Shown one piece after another: positions 8,905 through 19,797 of a stretch of 44,813 nt of DNA. Position 1 is the stretch's first letter. Every line of letters begins with the position of its first letter. The position numbers and the translations under genes were made by a program. Source of the stretch: a virus (taxonomy: Duplodnaviria; Caudoviricetes); the IMG/VR virus record IMGVR_UViG_3300006169_000011, positions 1-44,813 of that record. One strand, 5' to 3'. The notes beneath the pieces are model-generated. The model made no database searches. It worked only from the letters and a program-made list of their open reading frames with translations, and had not been told where the DNA came from.

Positions 8905-11900
8905 TTCATCACACGATGTTTACAAGACCATACGAGAATGCTACTCGGTGTATGCTCAGCCGCTCCTGACGGCAGAGTGGAACTATAACAGGTTCTTCTT
9001 TGCATCTGCTGAGAACGACTCTGCAAGGGAGTCTCTCTACGGACAGGATACCGCCCTTTTTCCCATCAGGAGCATTGCTGAAGGCCGTCGCCCTGGCAAG
9101 GGAATTTGCAAGGCCCGCATCGGTGAGGCAAGAATCTCCTGGGACTATTTCGATGACCCAAGGGGGCCGGTATCATTTGGCGATGGAGCCCGTTACTACA
9201 TAGCATCAGTAGAGGACACCTACAAATATTGGAGTTCCCCAGCGCCAAGCCAGTCCATAGGAGGCTGGCCGAGCCACGAGGACAGCACTGTCCTGGGCGC
9301 AAAGCCAAAGGTGGAATATGAGCGCCAGGTCAGATGCAACAAAATCGTCATAGGAATAGAGAACACCTGGGCCAGTCCCACAGAGTATGACATTTGGATT
9401 CGTCGGGCCGGTACATGGACAAAGATTGCCGACGAGTCAGATACCAACATAGACTCAGAAGGCAGAATCATCCTATGGTTCAACTCAACAGGATGGAGTG
9501 GAACCCGCACAGACGCCTGGTACATTGGAGACAGGCCACACCAGTCAGAGGGAAGCCCGGTACAGGACTCGGATGACGACGACTCCCACCATGGAGTAAA
9601 ACTAGATGACGATGACCAGACAGGCGTAGGCTATGACAGCAACTCGGTAAACTACGGACCCTTCCAGTGGATAGATGGAATACGCTTCGAAGCCCACGAA
9701 ATGAGCAAGTCCGATGCATACCTCAACGTCATCGAGATTTCCGCCCGCCTGGAAAGAAACCTGACTCCCTACCTCATTTCCGTCAGTGACACGTTCGACA
9801 TGGGGGAGTCCGACCAAGTACACCCAATCGGCAGGGCCTCATCGAACACCGCAGAGGTGCAACTCGACAACGGCTGCATGGTATTCAACAACGACAACAG
9901 TTCCACGCAGTTCAAGGGACTCCTTGACGCAAACGTCAGGTTCAACCTGGAATATGTCTTCGACACCTATGACGGTTCAAGCAAGGTTCACGTCCAGCAG
10001 TTTGAGATGTACTCGGAAACATGGAACGGACAGGGCGACCAGACCGTCAACGTGCAACTCAGAGACGCATCGAAGTTCCTGCAAGAGACAAAGTCACGAC
10101 CGATGATGTACGAGAAGTATACGGTGGCAGAAATAGTGTGGCAGATTCTCGACTCTGTTGGGTTCGACAAATATGAGATTCACAAGAGAGACGACGACCC
10201 AACGACAACCATCGACATTTTCTGGACAGACAGAGACAAGACCGTCTGGGAGGTCTTCCTAGACCTATGTGAGTCACATCAGGTTGCCATTTACTTCGAC
10301 GGGTATGGAGTCTTGCAGGTCAAGACAGCCCGTGCCGCCTTCGATGAGAGCCGCAGCCCAGACTGGCAGATTTATGGAGACGACCCGAGCGGTAGTAAGT
10401 TGCCTGACCTCGTAACACTAGAAAAGGTAGCACAGTACGAGGCAAACCACGTTACCGTCTCATACCAGCAGACACAGTGGAAAGGAACAGACAAGCACAT
10501 TCCGGCCAGCGAGATTGTCTGGGAGCCATCGGTTGACGAGGAAGATGAAAGCGAGAAACTCGACAGATACGGCGACCCCGTATATCACCAACTGGAAAGA
10601 CGCAACGACGACACCATCATCATTCCGTCAGACGATAACACAGAGTCCAGTGGAACGGTGGTGCTTCGTGCCACCCCACTCACAAAGACATTAGAAAAGA
10701 CAGACGACTATGTTCACATCGACCCCCGTGAGGCACGCCACTGGCCTTTCCGTGGAATTCTCAACATTCAGGGCGAGTTGATTGAATATAGTGGTAAGGA
10801 GTACCGCTGGTATACCGGCCCGGGAAACGAGCACGTCAATCTCATTCTCTCCAGCAAGGAGGACAAGAGAAACGCCAACTACAATTCTCCAGTGAACCAG
10901 AAGCACAGAAACGGATACACCGGAAGGCTCTGGGTGAACAAGAGAGGTCTCTGGAACAGTGAGAACAAGCGTCATGTGGTCGAGGCCGAGGGCTGGAATG
11001 TGCGAAGTCTCCGAAACGGTGATAGGAAGACAAACGCCAAAGGATTCCGTCACATGAAGAAACATTCACAGGTTCGTATGCACACCCTGAAGAAGTGGAA
11101 TGCCCGCGACATGCTGATAGCGACCAGGGGAGAGCAGGACGACGCCCAGTATTACGGCTATGGTGCCCGCATGTGCATCAACAAGAAAAGCGCAAAGAAC
11201 GCAAGCGCGGGAATCGTGCTGTTCAACCGAGGCAACAATGAGGCAGGATACTACGTCTCATTCAAGCCAACCAACTCATTGAAGCGTGCAGACAGAAATG
11301 AGATGCTGTTCTATGCCAGAAATGACACCGGGGGTGTCAAAGTGTTCGGCAAGGGTGAGCAGATGGCCATTCGTGAAGGTGGCTGGTTCGACGTGGACGT
11401 TGTTTTCGAGTTGTCTGGAACCGACCACAAGGTTACCGTAATAGTCAATGGTCTGGTATTTGCAACGTATACAATATCTGGGGCAGACAAGGTACCACCG
11501 GGCGGTAAGTTTGGAATGTTCGTCAAAGGCCACGCCCAGGTTGACTTTGAATATATGTATGCAATCAAACGTAACGAGGGAATCAGACCGGACAACTCAC
11601 AGTTCTTTGACAGAGTGCACGGCGGATATCAGTCCGCCCAATGGGACCGTGAGTGGGTCTGGAACACCAGAATGAAGAAGGAAGACCGAATCACCAAGTT
11701 TGACAATGACAAGGACAAGGAAAGATTCGCCGGTAGGTTCATGGATGAATTCGGTCCTATTGTCCATGAGGTAAGAGAGTTCCATGCTGTCTTCGACCCG
11801 TTCCCCGTCCAGTTTGCCGACCTGTACCTGTCAAATGACTGGCAGGTTTTTGTTCCAGAGTACCGCTCCGATGCATTTGAGGCCCATTTCGTCTTGACCA

Positions 11901-12352
11901 ATGCAACACGTCAGAATGCTGTCGTCAACGGAGAGGACTCGCTGACCTTCGCAGGCTCAGGAGACAGCGTGAACCAGAGGCTCGCTGTGCTGGGCAGAAC
12001 CGTTGTGCAGAAAGAGGCCCAGAGAGTCATAGCCCGCAACGACGACATGATTGACCGTCGAGGCAAGATAGACATTGAGATTGCTAGCCAGTGGATTCAG
12101 TCAAAGGGTGATGCCCTGCGTCTTGCTGAGTGGATTATCGACCATTGGGCCGGTAGCACCGATGTTCTCAACGTAGAAATATTCGGCAACCCTCTTATCG
12201 AACTAGGTGATGTAGTAGAGGTCCAGTCCAAGTACCATGACATGAGTCCAAGCAGCCACAAATACTATGTGACTGGAACCACGTCCTCATTCGACAGCGG
12301 CCTTTCCACAAGTCTGACCCTCAGGAGGGTCCGTCCTGCGCCGGGTCCATAG
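8894..12352 (+). CDS. Large minor tail / baseplate hub protein
   Basis: 1152 aa in tail module; C-terminal EIFGNPLIELGDVV hub-type motif; internal beta-rich lectin-like region. Confidence 0.75.
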   Translation: MKYSSSHDVYKTIRECYSVYAQPLLTAEWNYNRFFFASAENDSARESLYGQDTALFPIRSIAEGRRPGKGICKARIGEARISWDYFDDPRGPVSFGDGARYYIASVEDTYKYWSSPAPSQSIGGWPSHEDSTVLGAKPKVEYERQVRCNKIVIGIENTWASPTEYDIWIRRAGTWTKIADESDTNIDSEGRIILWFNSTGWSGTRTDAWYIGDRPHQSEGSPVQDSDDDDSHHGVKLDDDDQTGVGYDSNSVNYGPFQWIDGIRFEAHEMSKSDAYLNVIEISARLERNLTPYLISVSDTFDMGESDQVHPIGRASSNTAEVQLDNGCMVFNNDNSSTQFKGLLDANVRFNLEYVFDTYDGSSKVHVQQFEMYSETWNGQGDQTVNVQLRDASKFLQETKSRPMMYEKYTVAEIVWQILDSVGFDKYEIHKRDDDPTTTIDIFWTDRDKTVWEVFLDLCESHQVAIYFDGYGVLQVKTARAAFDESRSPDWQIYGDDPSGSKLPDLVTLEKVAQYEANHVTVSYQQTQWKGTDKHIPASEIVWEPSVDEEDESEKLDRYGDPVYHQLERRNDDTIIIPSDDNTESSGTVVLRATPLTKTLEKTDDYVHIDPREARHWPFRGILNIQGELIEYSGKEYRWYTGPGNEHVNLILSSKEDKRNANYNSPVNQKHRNGYTGRLWVNKRGLWNSENKRHVVEAEGWNVRSLRNGDRKTNAKGFRHMKKHSQVRMHTLKKWNARDMLIATRGEQDDAQYYGYGARMCINKKSAKNASAGIVLFNRGNNEAGYYVSFKPTNSLKRADRNEMLFYARNDTGGVKVFGKGEQMAIREGGWFDVDVVFELSGTDHKVTVIVNGLVFATYTISGADKVPPGGKFGMFVKGHAQVDFEYMYAIKRNEGIRPDNSQFFDRVHGGYQSAQWDREWVWNTRMKKEDRITKFDNDKDKERFAGRFMDEFGPIVHEVREFHAVFDPFPVQFADLYLSNDWQVFVPEYRSDAFEAHFVLTNATRQNAVVNGEDSLTFAGSGDSVNQRLAVLGRTVVQKEAQRVIARNDDMIDRRGKIDIEIASQWIQSKGDALRLAEWIIDHWAGSTDVLNVEIFGNPLIELGDVVEVQSKYHDMSPSSHKYYVTGTTSSFDSGLSTSLTLRRVRPAPGP

Positions 12353-12381
12353 TTGACTTAACGTATAGGCTGGCGTATAAT
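12353..12381 (+). promoter_or_regulatory. Promoter, probably for a leaderless transcript
   Basis: TTGACT-17-TATAAT; ATG 6 nt after the -10, no SD. Confidence 0.75.
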
Positions 12382-12387
12382 TGCCAT

Positions 12388-12693
12388 ATGGCAAAGCAGA
12401 ATCAACCCGTAAAGAAAAGGATGCACCCGTTCTTTGAGGTGCCACCTAATGTCCTAGACCTAGTTCCCGACGAGGAACTGGTCATTGACAACGACGAGGA
12501 AGACAATGACGATACCGACCCTCTGGACGATTCTTTGGAATCAGAGGAACTACCGGCTGTGCCAACAAACTTCACCATCGTCTCGGCAACGTCGAGGTTC
12601 GGTCCTGACGGAAGCCAGATTGTTGACTTGATTATAGAAGTGGAAGACGTGGAAGATGTTATCCAGTATGACGTCCACGTAACAAAGGTGTAA
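12388..12693 (+). CDS. Small acidic minor tail protein
   Basis: 101-aa ORF within tail cluster; acidic linker then short beta-rich domain. Confidence 0.6.
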   Translation: MAKQNQPVKKRMHPFFEVPPNVLDLVPDEELVIDNDEEDNDDTDPLDDSLESEELPAVPTNFTIVSATSRFGPDGSQIVDLIIEVEDVEDVIQYDVHVTKV

Positions 12694-12694
12694 T

Positions 12695-13531
12695 ATGCTG
12701 ACAGACGAAGGAAAGATTATAGTCAAGAGATATCTAGAGGGGGCGGTAGGGTCGATTGCCCTCTCTATGGCTCTAGGTCTAGGTAACCGCACAGAAAGCG
12801 CAACAGACACAGCATTGCAGTTTGAGTTCGAAAGAGCGGATATCTACATCACATCATATGACTATGCAAACAACCAACTGGTGTTCAAGGCTCTGCTGGA
12901 CTCAGACATTTCCGGCCAGATTTATGAGATTGGCCTTTTTACCCTGGAGACAAACGAGGCGGCAGGAGAGTTTGGCTCGACCCTGATATCATCATTCGAC
13001 TCAGACACCGAGGAATGGACAGGAAATGTGACCTGGACGAGCACCGGAACCCGAATCGGGCTCGACTCCCTCATACTCACCCCTGGAGCGTCCACAACGC
13101 ACACTGTGACGCTCCCAGAAATTTTCAGCGACCTCTCGGGCAACTCCGCTGCCGATAAATTCCTGCTGGCGTTCAACAACGGCAACACCAATGCCAACAC
13201 CATCACCGTTCGGCTGAAGACTGACGCATCCAACTACTACTCGTTTGTCATTTCATCCCCAGCGACAGGATATACCGTCTATGAGATAACCAAGGGTGCG
13301 CTCACAGTGACCGGCACACCATCATGGGACAACATCACCACCCTGGAAGTGGCGGTAAACTCAAAGGCGGCGGGAGCATCAAGTGTGACACTCGACGGAC
13401 TCAGAATAGAGGACGTTGACACAACAAACCCAGACTATGTTCTTGTGGCAAGAAAGGTTGTCACTCCGTTCACCAAACAAGAGGGGAAGGTTCAGGAGGC
13501 AGAATACCGCCTCCCGGTGACAATTGGCTAG
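12695..13531 (+). CDS. Minor tail protein
   Basis: 278 aa; N-terminal LTDEGK..GLG..DTALQFE and EIGLF motif of tail-fibre collar-like domains. Confidence 0.7.
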   Translation: MLTDEGKIIVKRYLEGAVGSIALSMALGLGNRTESATDTALQFEFERADIYITSYDYANNQLVFKALLDSDISGQIYEIGLFTLETNEAAGEFGSTLISSFDSDTEEWTGNVTWTSTGTRIGLDSLILTPGASTTHTVTLPEIFSDLSGNSAADKFLLAFNNGNTNANTITVRLKTDASNYYSFVISSPATGYTVYEITKGALTVTGTPSWDNITTLEVAVNSKAAGASSVTLDGLRIEDVDTTNPDYVLVARKVVTPFTKQEGKVQEAEYRLPVTIG

Positions 13532-16500
13532 ACTCCTAGTACGTGACCTTCAGCCCGGTAGCAGATACGGAATCCAACTTCGTTCAAACGACGGCGAGGT
13601 TGTTTCCGACTGGTCTCCTATTCTCTACTATGATGTACCCTCTTCAACAGTAAGACCAAAGGACGTTACCGGCCTTTCCTGGACAACCCAGGGAACGTCA
13701 TTCCTGGCCACATGGAACCCGGTAACCCAGAAGACCGACAACAGTCCGCTCAACGGGCTCGTCACCTATGAGGTCCAAGTCTCCGCTCCAGGTGAGAATG
13801 TCACCTACCGTATCAGTGGAACAAGATTCGACTTCACCTTCGAAATGAACATCGAGGCATTCGGAGACCCCGAGCCAAGCCTCACAGTCTCGGTATGGGC
13901 AATAGACGTAGCAGGGGTCAGGTCGCTCAACCCGGCACAGTTGACAACCATGAATGCCGCACCGGACCCAATCCCAAGTTTGGACGCGACAGCATACACC
14001 AGCCAGGTTCTCCTTGAATGGGAAGAGTCGCCATCAGAGGACGTAGTGGCATATCGAGCATATGCCGGAACGACACCAGGATTTACGCCAAGCGCAGCCA
14101 ACGAGTTCTGGGCTGGCTCTGCATTCTCCACAGTCTTCCATTCAACAGACACAACCCAGGATTTCTATTTCAAGGTCTATGCTATTGATGTTTTCGGAAC
14201 AGAAAGCGCCACCTCGCCAGAGTTCGGGCCAATCTCCCCTCTCGGAATTGCCGGTAGTGTAGACACCACCCCGCCAGCAGACCCGACCGGCGTTACCGCG
14301 ACTGCCGCTGCGAACGCGGACACGTCTGGACAGTTTGCGGACTTGACTGTTTCCTGGACAGGACCAACCCCTGCCAGTGACACCTCTCTTTCTCACTTCA
14401 ATGTCAGATATGGAACCGGCGGCACATGGAACTATGTCCAGGTTCCAAGAGATGAACTTACTGTAAAGATTTCTAAGATTCTGGCCGGTAGCAGCCTGAA
14501 TGTCCAAGTCCAAGCAGTAGACTACACAGCCAATGACTCAGCCTGGGTAGCAGCAAACTCCGGTTCCTCCGTATCATTGCCAAAGGACACAACATTCACA
14601 GAAACACCTAGCGCCCCAACAGCCAACGCTGGTGCCATGAGAATCCAGGTTGTCCATGACCTGACAGCCTCTCCTAGCGGAACTTTGCCATCAGACCTGG
14701 ACTACTTTGAGGTATACGCCAGCACCGCCAATGGTTTCACGCCATCCAGTGCCACAATGATTGGCACGATGAAGGTAAATGTTCTAGCGATTCAGACATT
14801 TGACATACCGGCCTCTGGTTCATCCGGCACGACACAAACATGGTATGTCAAAGTTCGGGCGGTAGACCGAGCAGGGAACAAGTCTGCCTATTCTGCTCAG
14901 GCAACATCAAGCGTCAACCTTATAGCCACAGCCAACATCGGTGACGCCCAGATTACCAATGCCAAGATTAATGACGTAACAGCCAACAAGATTAAGACCG
15001 GAACACTCGCCGTTACCGAGACAATCAATGTTGACGGTAGCATAATCCTCGGTACAGCCACAAACCCAGGAAAGATTGAGTCATATGGATATGTCGCTGG
15101 TGTGACAGGGTTCCATCTTGACAAGAGCACTCTGGAAATCAACCAGGGCTTAATCAGCGCAGCGGCTCTGAAGTTACAGAGCGGAACCAACCTCATGCCA
15201 CCGCAGTACGCAGGCTTTGAGTATTCAACCGGATACTACACCACAGAGAACCAAGTTTACTTCCCAGCAGGAACGATTTCCCTGGTCAACACCGACTCTG
15301 TTTTCGAGACGCAATGTATCGAAGCCACATGGACGGGCGGCAACGTCCTGGGCGAGATGATTCACCTTACCCCAGAAGCCAGTGACTACAACATTCCACT
15401 AGAGCCTGGAGACTATGTTCTTTCCGCATATGTCAGGAACATGGATGCGGCAACAAGGTCATTCTCTGCGGGAATCTACACAGACAACGGAGTGCTCGTA
15501 GGAAACACCGGGCCGGTAGACTCCAGTGGCTTCGGCATTACCAGTTCTGTCACCCAAGCCCAGGGATGGAAGCGCATGTACGGTGTCTACACCATCCCAG
15601 TAGGAAGAAAAGCCGGTAAGGTAATCATCTATGGTTCAGGTGCATCAGGAACAATCCGCATTGACGGTGTTCAACTAGAGAAGAAACTCGGGCCGGTAGC
15701 CTCAATCAATGATGTAGGACCATGGAAGCCAGGAGGCCAAATCACCACCATAGATGGTGGCATGATTAGAACCTCCATGATTAAGTCAACGATGATTGAG
15801 TCAGAGGCAATCAAGGTAACCCACCTGGAAGGCCAGAGCGTCTCCGCTGACTGGCTGGAATCAGAAATGGTTATCTCCACCGTTGTCACCACCGGAAGGC
15901 CGGGAGAGTCGAGGTTCTGGGTAGGACCATCCGATGCCGCCACAGGCGTCGTCGGTGGACTGAAGATGTTCGATGCAGCCAACAATGCATACATTCACTT
16001 CCCTGACGATGGCAGCGGAGCAACATTCTCTGGAACAGTCAACGCGGACGGTGTGACCGTGACCGGAACAACCAAACTTGCCCAGACTGAAATAGCGAAG
16101 GGTAAGAACTTTATTCTCAATATGGGAACAACCCCTCCTGCTACCGCCCCGATTGTGTCCGTAGGGTATGACACCTACAATTTCAAGTCAGCAGACCTCA
16201 GCACAGCAATGTTTGTTCAAGACCTGGGAGGGTTCGGGGTATCCTACCCCAACTGGTCTAACATTCAGGGAATCACTGTTGGCACCTCAGAGGTCGCCCT
16301 GATAGAGACAAGGGTCTCAGGAGCGTTCACCGGCTCGTGGGTGTGGGTCTACAACAGGACACCAGACTCAACAGGAAAACTTCCATGTCTGAGAATTGTC
16401 GAGTACCGATTCTCAGACAACAAGCAGCACATCGGCCTTGCCGTCATTTCAAACAGGTACTTCACCATTCATGATAGTACCACGGCGAGCCTGTACGAAA

Positions 16501-17909
16501 TCAATGTGTGGGCCGGTTCCCCAAGAAACTCGTTCACTGCGAGGACAAACCTTCCAGACACGTACTACGACTTCTGTGGTGTTGACTATGGCGACCCGAT
16601 GACTACCGCCGACAAGATTTTTGTAGGCTTCCAGACCAACGTGAGCGGTAGCACCGGAAATATCACCTACAGGACAATTGCCATGGACACATGGACCATC
16701 AGTTCTCCTACCACCACGGCCAACAACGCTGGGTTCTACCTGAAGCCTCCACAGCAGGCAATCAAGGGTAAGTTCGACTACGCCGCTGACAGGCTGGTAT
16801 TCGCGGGCGGTATCCCATTTAGTTCAAACACCGTAAGAAATGCCTGGGTAGTAGAAACATCCACAGGAACGAGAAAGGCAATAGAGGAATGGAACTATGC
16901 TCATGCTGAGACATACCAGACTGCCGGTATCGCCTACGATGGAACATATTTCTACACCCTGGGAACAGACGGAAAACTTGTCAAGTACAGCAACCTGAGA
17001 TATGACAGTGGTAGCACCTGGCATTGGGTCGGTATCAAGTGGAGAAACACAATAGGAAACACCGACAATCATGAGTCTCCAACACGTTCGTTGCTTCCAT
17101 ATGAGACCTCTCTGGGAGCAACAACAAGCATTATCGTCAATGCTCGTCAGTTCCTCACCGTGTCTCACCCTCTTGTCCCTCTTGACAATGACCCGGTAGT
17201 GCCAAATGATGAACCCGACTCTATGGGAATATACATGGTTAGACAGGCTCCTGCTCCTGCTGTTGGTGATTATGTATACCAGGCAAATACCGCCCGATTT
17301 GTGGGAGCACAGACATTCGGCTCCCCGATAGCAACATCAGCAACGGCTCCTTCCACAATCACATTTCCTAACGCCACTGCATCTGCTATTCAGTCAACAA
17401 TGAAACTGGCTGACAACGTTACCCCTCGTGTGGATATCAGGGCTGATGGAACCAGCCGTCTGTACCAGTTGATTCTTGACTCTGCAACAGACGTTAACGC
17501 AACGTCAGGAAACACACCAGCCTTGAGAGTTGGACCGCCTACCGGACAGCACCTAAGAGTCGATGGAAACGAAATACAGCCGATGGATAATGACACCACC
17601 GTCGGAATCGTGCAGATAGGCCAAGGAGGGGGCGGTATCAGAATTGGTGCCAGTAGCAGTGCAATCGGAAGAGTAAGATTCGCCTCAGCAACCAGCGTAT
17701 CACTCTCCAGCGGAGCAGGCTCATTCAATCATGGAATGGGCGCTACCCCCGACTTGGTTTTGGCAACCGCTGATGTGGGAACAGCATACGTCGTTGTCAA
17801 CTCGTATGATGCGACACAGGTTAACGTGACATTCAGAAGACTTTCCGATGGTGTTCTGGATGGAAACGCATCCCGAGCGTGCTCATGGATAGCACTTAAG
17901 TTTGCATAG
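13524..17909 (+). CDS. Tail fibre / receptor-binding protein with Fn3 repeats and carbohydrate-binding-like domain
   Basis: 1461 aa; several Fn3-like units (W..P..Y.V...AVD..GN.S), IGDAQITNAKI spacer, CBM-like YVLSAYVR..W.R..IDGVQLE region. Confidence 0.8.
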   Translation: MARLLVRDLQPGSRYGIQLRSNDGEVVSDWSPILYYDVPSSTVRPKDVTGLSWTTQGTSFLATWNPVTQKTDNSPLNGLVTYEVQVSAPGENVTYRISGTRFDFTFEMNIEAFGDPEPSLTVSVWAIDVAGVRSLNPAQLTTMNAAPDPIPSLDATAYTSQVLLEWEESPSEDVVAYRAYAGTTPGFTPSAANEFWAGSAFSTVFHSTDTTQDFYFKVYAIDVFGTESATSPEFGPISPLGIAGSVDTTPPADPTGVTATAAANADTSGQFADLTVSWTGPTPASDTSLSHFNVRYGTGGTWNYVQVPRDELTVKISKILAGSSLNVQVQAVDYTANDSAWVAANSGSSVSLPKDTTFTETPSAPTANAGAMRIQVVHDLTASPSGTLPSDLDYFEVYASTANGFTPSSATMIGTMKVNVLAIQTFDIPASGSSGTTQTWYVKVRAVDRAGNKSAYSAQATSSVNLIATANIGDAQITNAKINDVTANKIKTGTLAVTETINVDGSIILGTATNPGKIESYGYVAGVTGFHLDKSTLEINQGLISAAALKLQSGTNLMPPQYAGFEYSTGYYTTENQVYFPAGTISLVNTDSVFETQCIEATWTGGNVLGEMIHLTPEASDYNIPLEPGDYVLSAYVRNMDAATRSFSAGIYTDNGVLVGNTGPVDSSGFGITSSVTQAQGWKRMYGVYTIPVGRKAGKVIIYGSGASGTIRIDGVQLEKKLGPVASINDVGPWKPGGQITTIDGGMIRTSMIKSTMIESEAIKVTHLEGQSVSADWLESEMVISTVVTTGRPGESRFWVGPSDAATGVVGGLKMFDAANNAYIHFPDDGSGATFSGTVNADGVTVTGTTKLAQTEIAKGKNFILNMGTTPPATAPIVSVGYDTYNFKSADLSTAMFVQDLGGFGVSYPNWSNIQGITVGTSEVALIETRVSGAFTGSWVWVYNRTPDSTGKLPCLRIVEYRFSDNKQHIGLAVISNRYFTIHDSTTASLYEINVWAGSPRNSFTARTNLPDTYYDFCGVDYGDPMTTADKIFVGFQTNVSGSTGNITYRTIAMDTWTISSPTTTANNAGFYLKPPQQAIKGKFDYAADRLVFAGGIPFSSNTVRNAWVVETSTGTRKAIEEWNYAHAETYQTAGIAYDGTYFYTLGTDGKLVKYSNLRYDSGSTWHWVGIKWRNTIGNTDNHESPTRSLLPYETSLGATTSIIVNARQFLTVSHPLVPLDNDPVVPNDEPDSMGIYMVRQAPAPAVGDYVYQANTARFVGAQTFGSPIATSATAPSTITFPNATASAIQSTMKLADNVTPRVDIRADGTSRLYQLILDSATDVNATSGNTPALRVGPPTGQHLRVDGNEIQPMDNDTTVGIVQIGQGGGGIRIGASSSAIGRVRFASATSVSLSSGAGSFNHGMGATPDLVLATADVGTAYVVVNSYDATQVNVTFRRLSDGVLDGNASRACSWIALKFA

Positions 17910-17919
17910 GAGGTGACTT

Positions 17920-18291
17920 ATGAATCTTGATATCCCAGATATTGTCAGAGACCCAAACTCTACAACCTATTCCGACCTTACCGCCTCCGTCCTGACGGGG
18001 CCGGTATACCAGGAAGAAAATGAAACATGGACATTTCCGTTCAACCCAGAGATTACCAATGAGACAGAAATGTATAGAATAAAGTTGAGACTAAGAACAA
18101 CACCAGAGGAAGAACAACTTTACATTGACGCATGGCAGGTTATGGGACAACTCCAGGCAACCGCAGGATTCACCGGAACGGCAACAGCACAACAGTTGAC
18201 AGACCAAGTGAAACTTCATGCAAGCATCCTGAATAAACTGATTCCTCTTGTTCTTACGAAGTTCGAAGGACTTTACCAACTGGGGGGTTGA
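17920..18291 (+). CDS. Hypothetical protein, possible tail fibre-associated protein
   Basis: SD GGAGGTGA; directly follows fibre gene. Confidence 0.55.
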   Translation: MNLDIPDIVRDPNSTTYSDLTASVLTGPVYQEENETWTFPFNPEITNETEMYRIKLRLRTTPEEEQLYIDAWQVMGQLQATAGFTGTATAQQLTDQVKLHASILNKLIPLVLTKFEGLYQLGG

Positions 18292-18317
18292 CAAGAATAG
18301 AGAGGATGGATTATACT
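18288..18317 (+). promoter_or_regulatory. Promoter
   Basis: TTGACA-18-TATACT; -35 overlaps upstream TGA stop. Confidence 0.65.
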
Positions 18318-18347
18318 TGTCTTTAGAAGAGAAAGAGATACAAATAT

Positions 18348-18572
18348 ATGAATGATAAGGTAGTTGAAGTAGATACTCATAGATATCTGCTGAAAATAGA
18401 GCATTATAAGCAGCGTGTAGCAGAACTTTCCCGAGAATACGAAGAGAAAGTGGCTGACCTGAGAGTTCAAGTCACCATTCTCTCAGACTCTCTGGAGAAG
18501 TTGCAGAAAGAACTAAAGGATAGGGACGGTCAGCCCGATGTTTCAGAGGAAACCGAAGAAGCCGCTTCCTGA
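18348..18572 (+). CDS. Small coiled-coil hypothetical protein
   Basis: 74 aa with heptad pattern. Confidence 0.6.
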   Translation: MNDKVVEVDTHRYLLKIEHYKQRVAELSREYEEKVADLRVQVTILSDSLEKLQKELKDRDGQPDVSEETEEAAS

Positions 18573-18933
18573 TACTCCACAAGTGTATCCCAGCGGAGTC
18601 TGTGTACGCACAGAGAAAGGCTGGTACTACATAAAGGGAACCAAGAGATTCCGCCTTGTCTCAGACAGGGTGGTTTCTTCTTGGGGATTCCCTCGCGTCT
18701 ATGATACCACAGAGAAGGCCCTGGCGAAATACCCGGTGGCCGGTAGGCTCGGGTTTCGAGACGGTAGTTTGATTCAGAATATAACCAATGGTACAATGTA
18801 TATTGTAGCGGATAACCGCCGAAGGCCGGTAGTCAGCCCAGATGTGCTAGACCTACTAGGAATCGACAGATTCTCCTTTATGGTGGTATCCAAAGAAGAA
18901 ATCGAACTACAGAAAGAGGGAGAACCAGTCTAA
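18538..18933 (+). CDS. Hypothetical protein with internal duplication
   Basis: 131 aa; two related units (WYYIKGTKRFRLVS / MYIVADNRRRPVVS). Confidence 0.6.
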   Translation: MFQRKPKKPLPDTPQVYPSGVCVRTEKGWYYIKGTKRFRLVSDRVVSSWGFPRVYDTTEKALAKYPVAGRLGFRDGSLIQNITNGTMYIVADNRRRPVVSPDVLDLLGIDRFSFMVVSKEEIELQKEGEPV

Positions 18934-19371
18934 GTGGCAGTATCATCATTCAAGCCTATCTCGTGGCAGCCAAACGAGGTAATCACCGAAGGCAAGATGG
19001 ACCGCATGAGCAACAATGACAACTGGCTAAGGTCTCATCGAGTCGAAGGTCTCTACCGCGCCCCAGGCGCACGTCACAACACGTGGGTCAAGATGGCCTC
19101 GGGGTACGTAATCATTCCTGCCAGCAAGCGAGCAAGAGCAAACAACGAAGTCTATTTCGGTGAGTTCTTCTCGCCAGGCTGTCATCCCATTGTAACTACA
19201 GGCATCATCAGCCAGAGAAACCGTCTGGTCTTTCTTACGGTGAACGGGTTCGGGAAACTGGACCCAGACCGTCGAGGGTTCAAAGTATTTGTGCGCGTAC
19301 AGGCTAAACACAAAAAGAACCAGCGCATCGCCCGTGGCCTCCACATTCACTGGACCGCCGTGGGATACTAA
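18934..19371 (+). CDS. Hypothetical, possibly virion-associated protein
   Basis: 145 aa; W..NEVIT..KM..MS.N N-terminus and W.AVGY C-terminus seen in fibre-tip-like small proteins. Confidence 0.55.
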   Translation: MAVSSFKPISWQPNEVITEGKMDRMSNNDNWLRSHRVEGLYRAPGARHNTWVKMASGYVIIPASKRARANNEVYFGEFFSPGCHPIVTTGIISQRNRLVFLTVNGFGKLDPDRRGFKVFVRVQAKHKKNQRIARGLHIHWTAVGY

Positions 19372-19459
19372 GGAGATTTCATGCACAAGTTGAAAGCCAT
19401 TATTCAGAAGACATACGAAAGGGTCGTCATGTGGCGACGCACACCCGCCCCTATCCAGG

Positions 19460-19780
19460 GTGTCCTGTTTTCTGAGAGGATGGCGCTGCATGAGGTACAG
19501 ACAACAGAAAAGAACACGTAAGTATTACTCTGCCAAGAGACGAGCGGTAATGGCTCAGGGGGATGAAATCAACCACCTGGAGGTTTTCGAGAGAGACAAC
19601 TGGATTTGCCATATCTGCAAGGAGCCGGTAGACCCAAAGTTGAGAAAACCAAACAAGATGGCAGCAACAATAGACCACATCATCCCTATCAGTCTAGGTG
19701 GAGGACACTTCTGGGACAATGTTGCCACCGCCCATGCAATCTGCAACTTCAGCAAGTCAAACGTGACATTGAGCGCCTGA
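19460..19780 (+). CDS. HNH endonuclease (start may be ATG 19490)
   Basis: VFERDNWICHIC...TIDHIIPISLGGGH..DNV..AHAICN..K. Confidence 0.85.
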   Translation: MSCFLRGWRCMRYRQQKRTRKYYSAKRRAVMAQGDEINHLEVFERDNWICHICKEPVDPKLRKPNKMAATIDHIIPISLGGGHFWDNVATAHAICNFSKSNVTLSA

Positions 19781-19791
19781 CGTGTTAGAAT
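19763..19791 (+). promoter_or_regulatory. Extended -10 promoter, leaderless
   Basis: GTGACA-17-TAGAAT with TGn extension; ATG 6 nt downstream. Confidence 0.6.
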
Positions 19792-19797
19792 GGAAAC

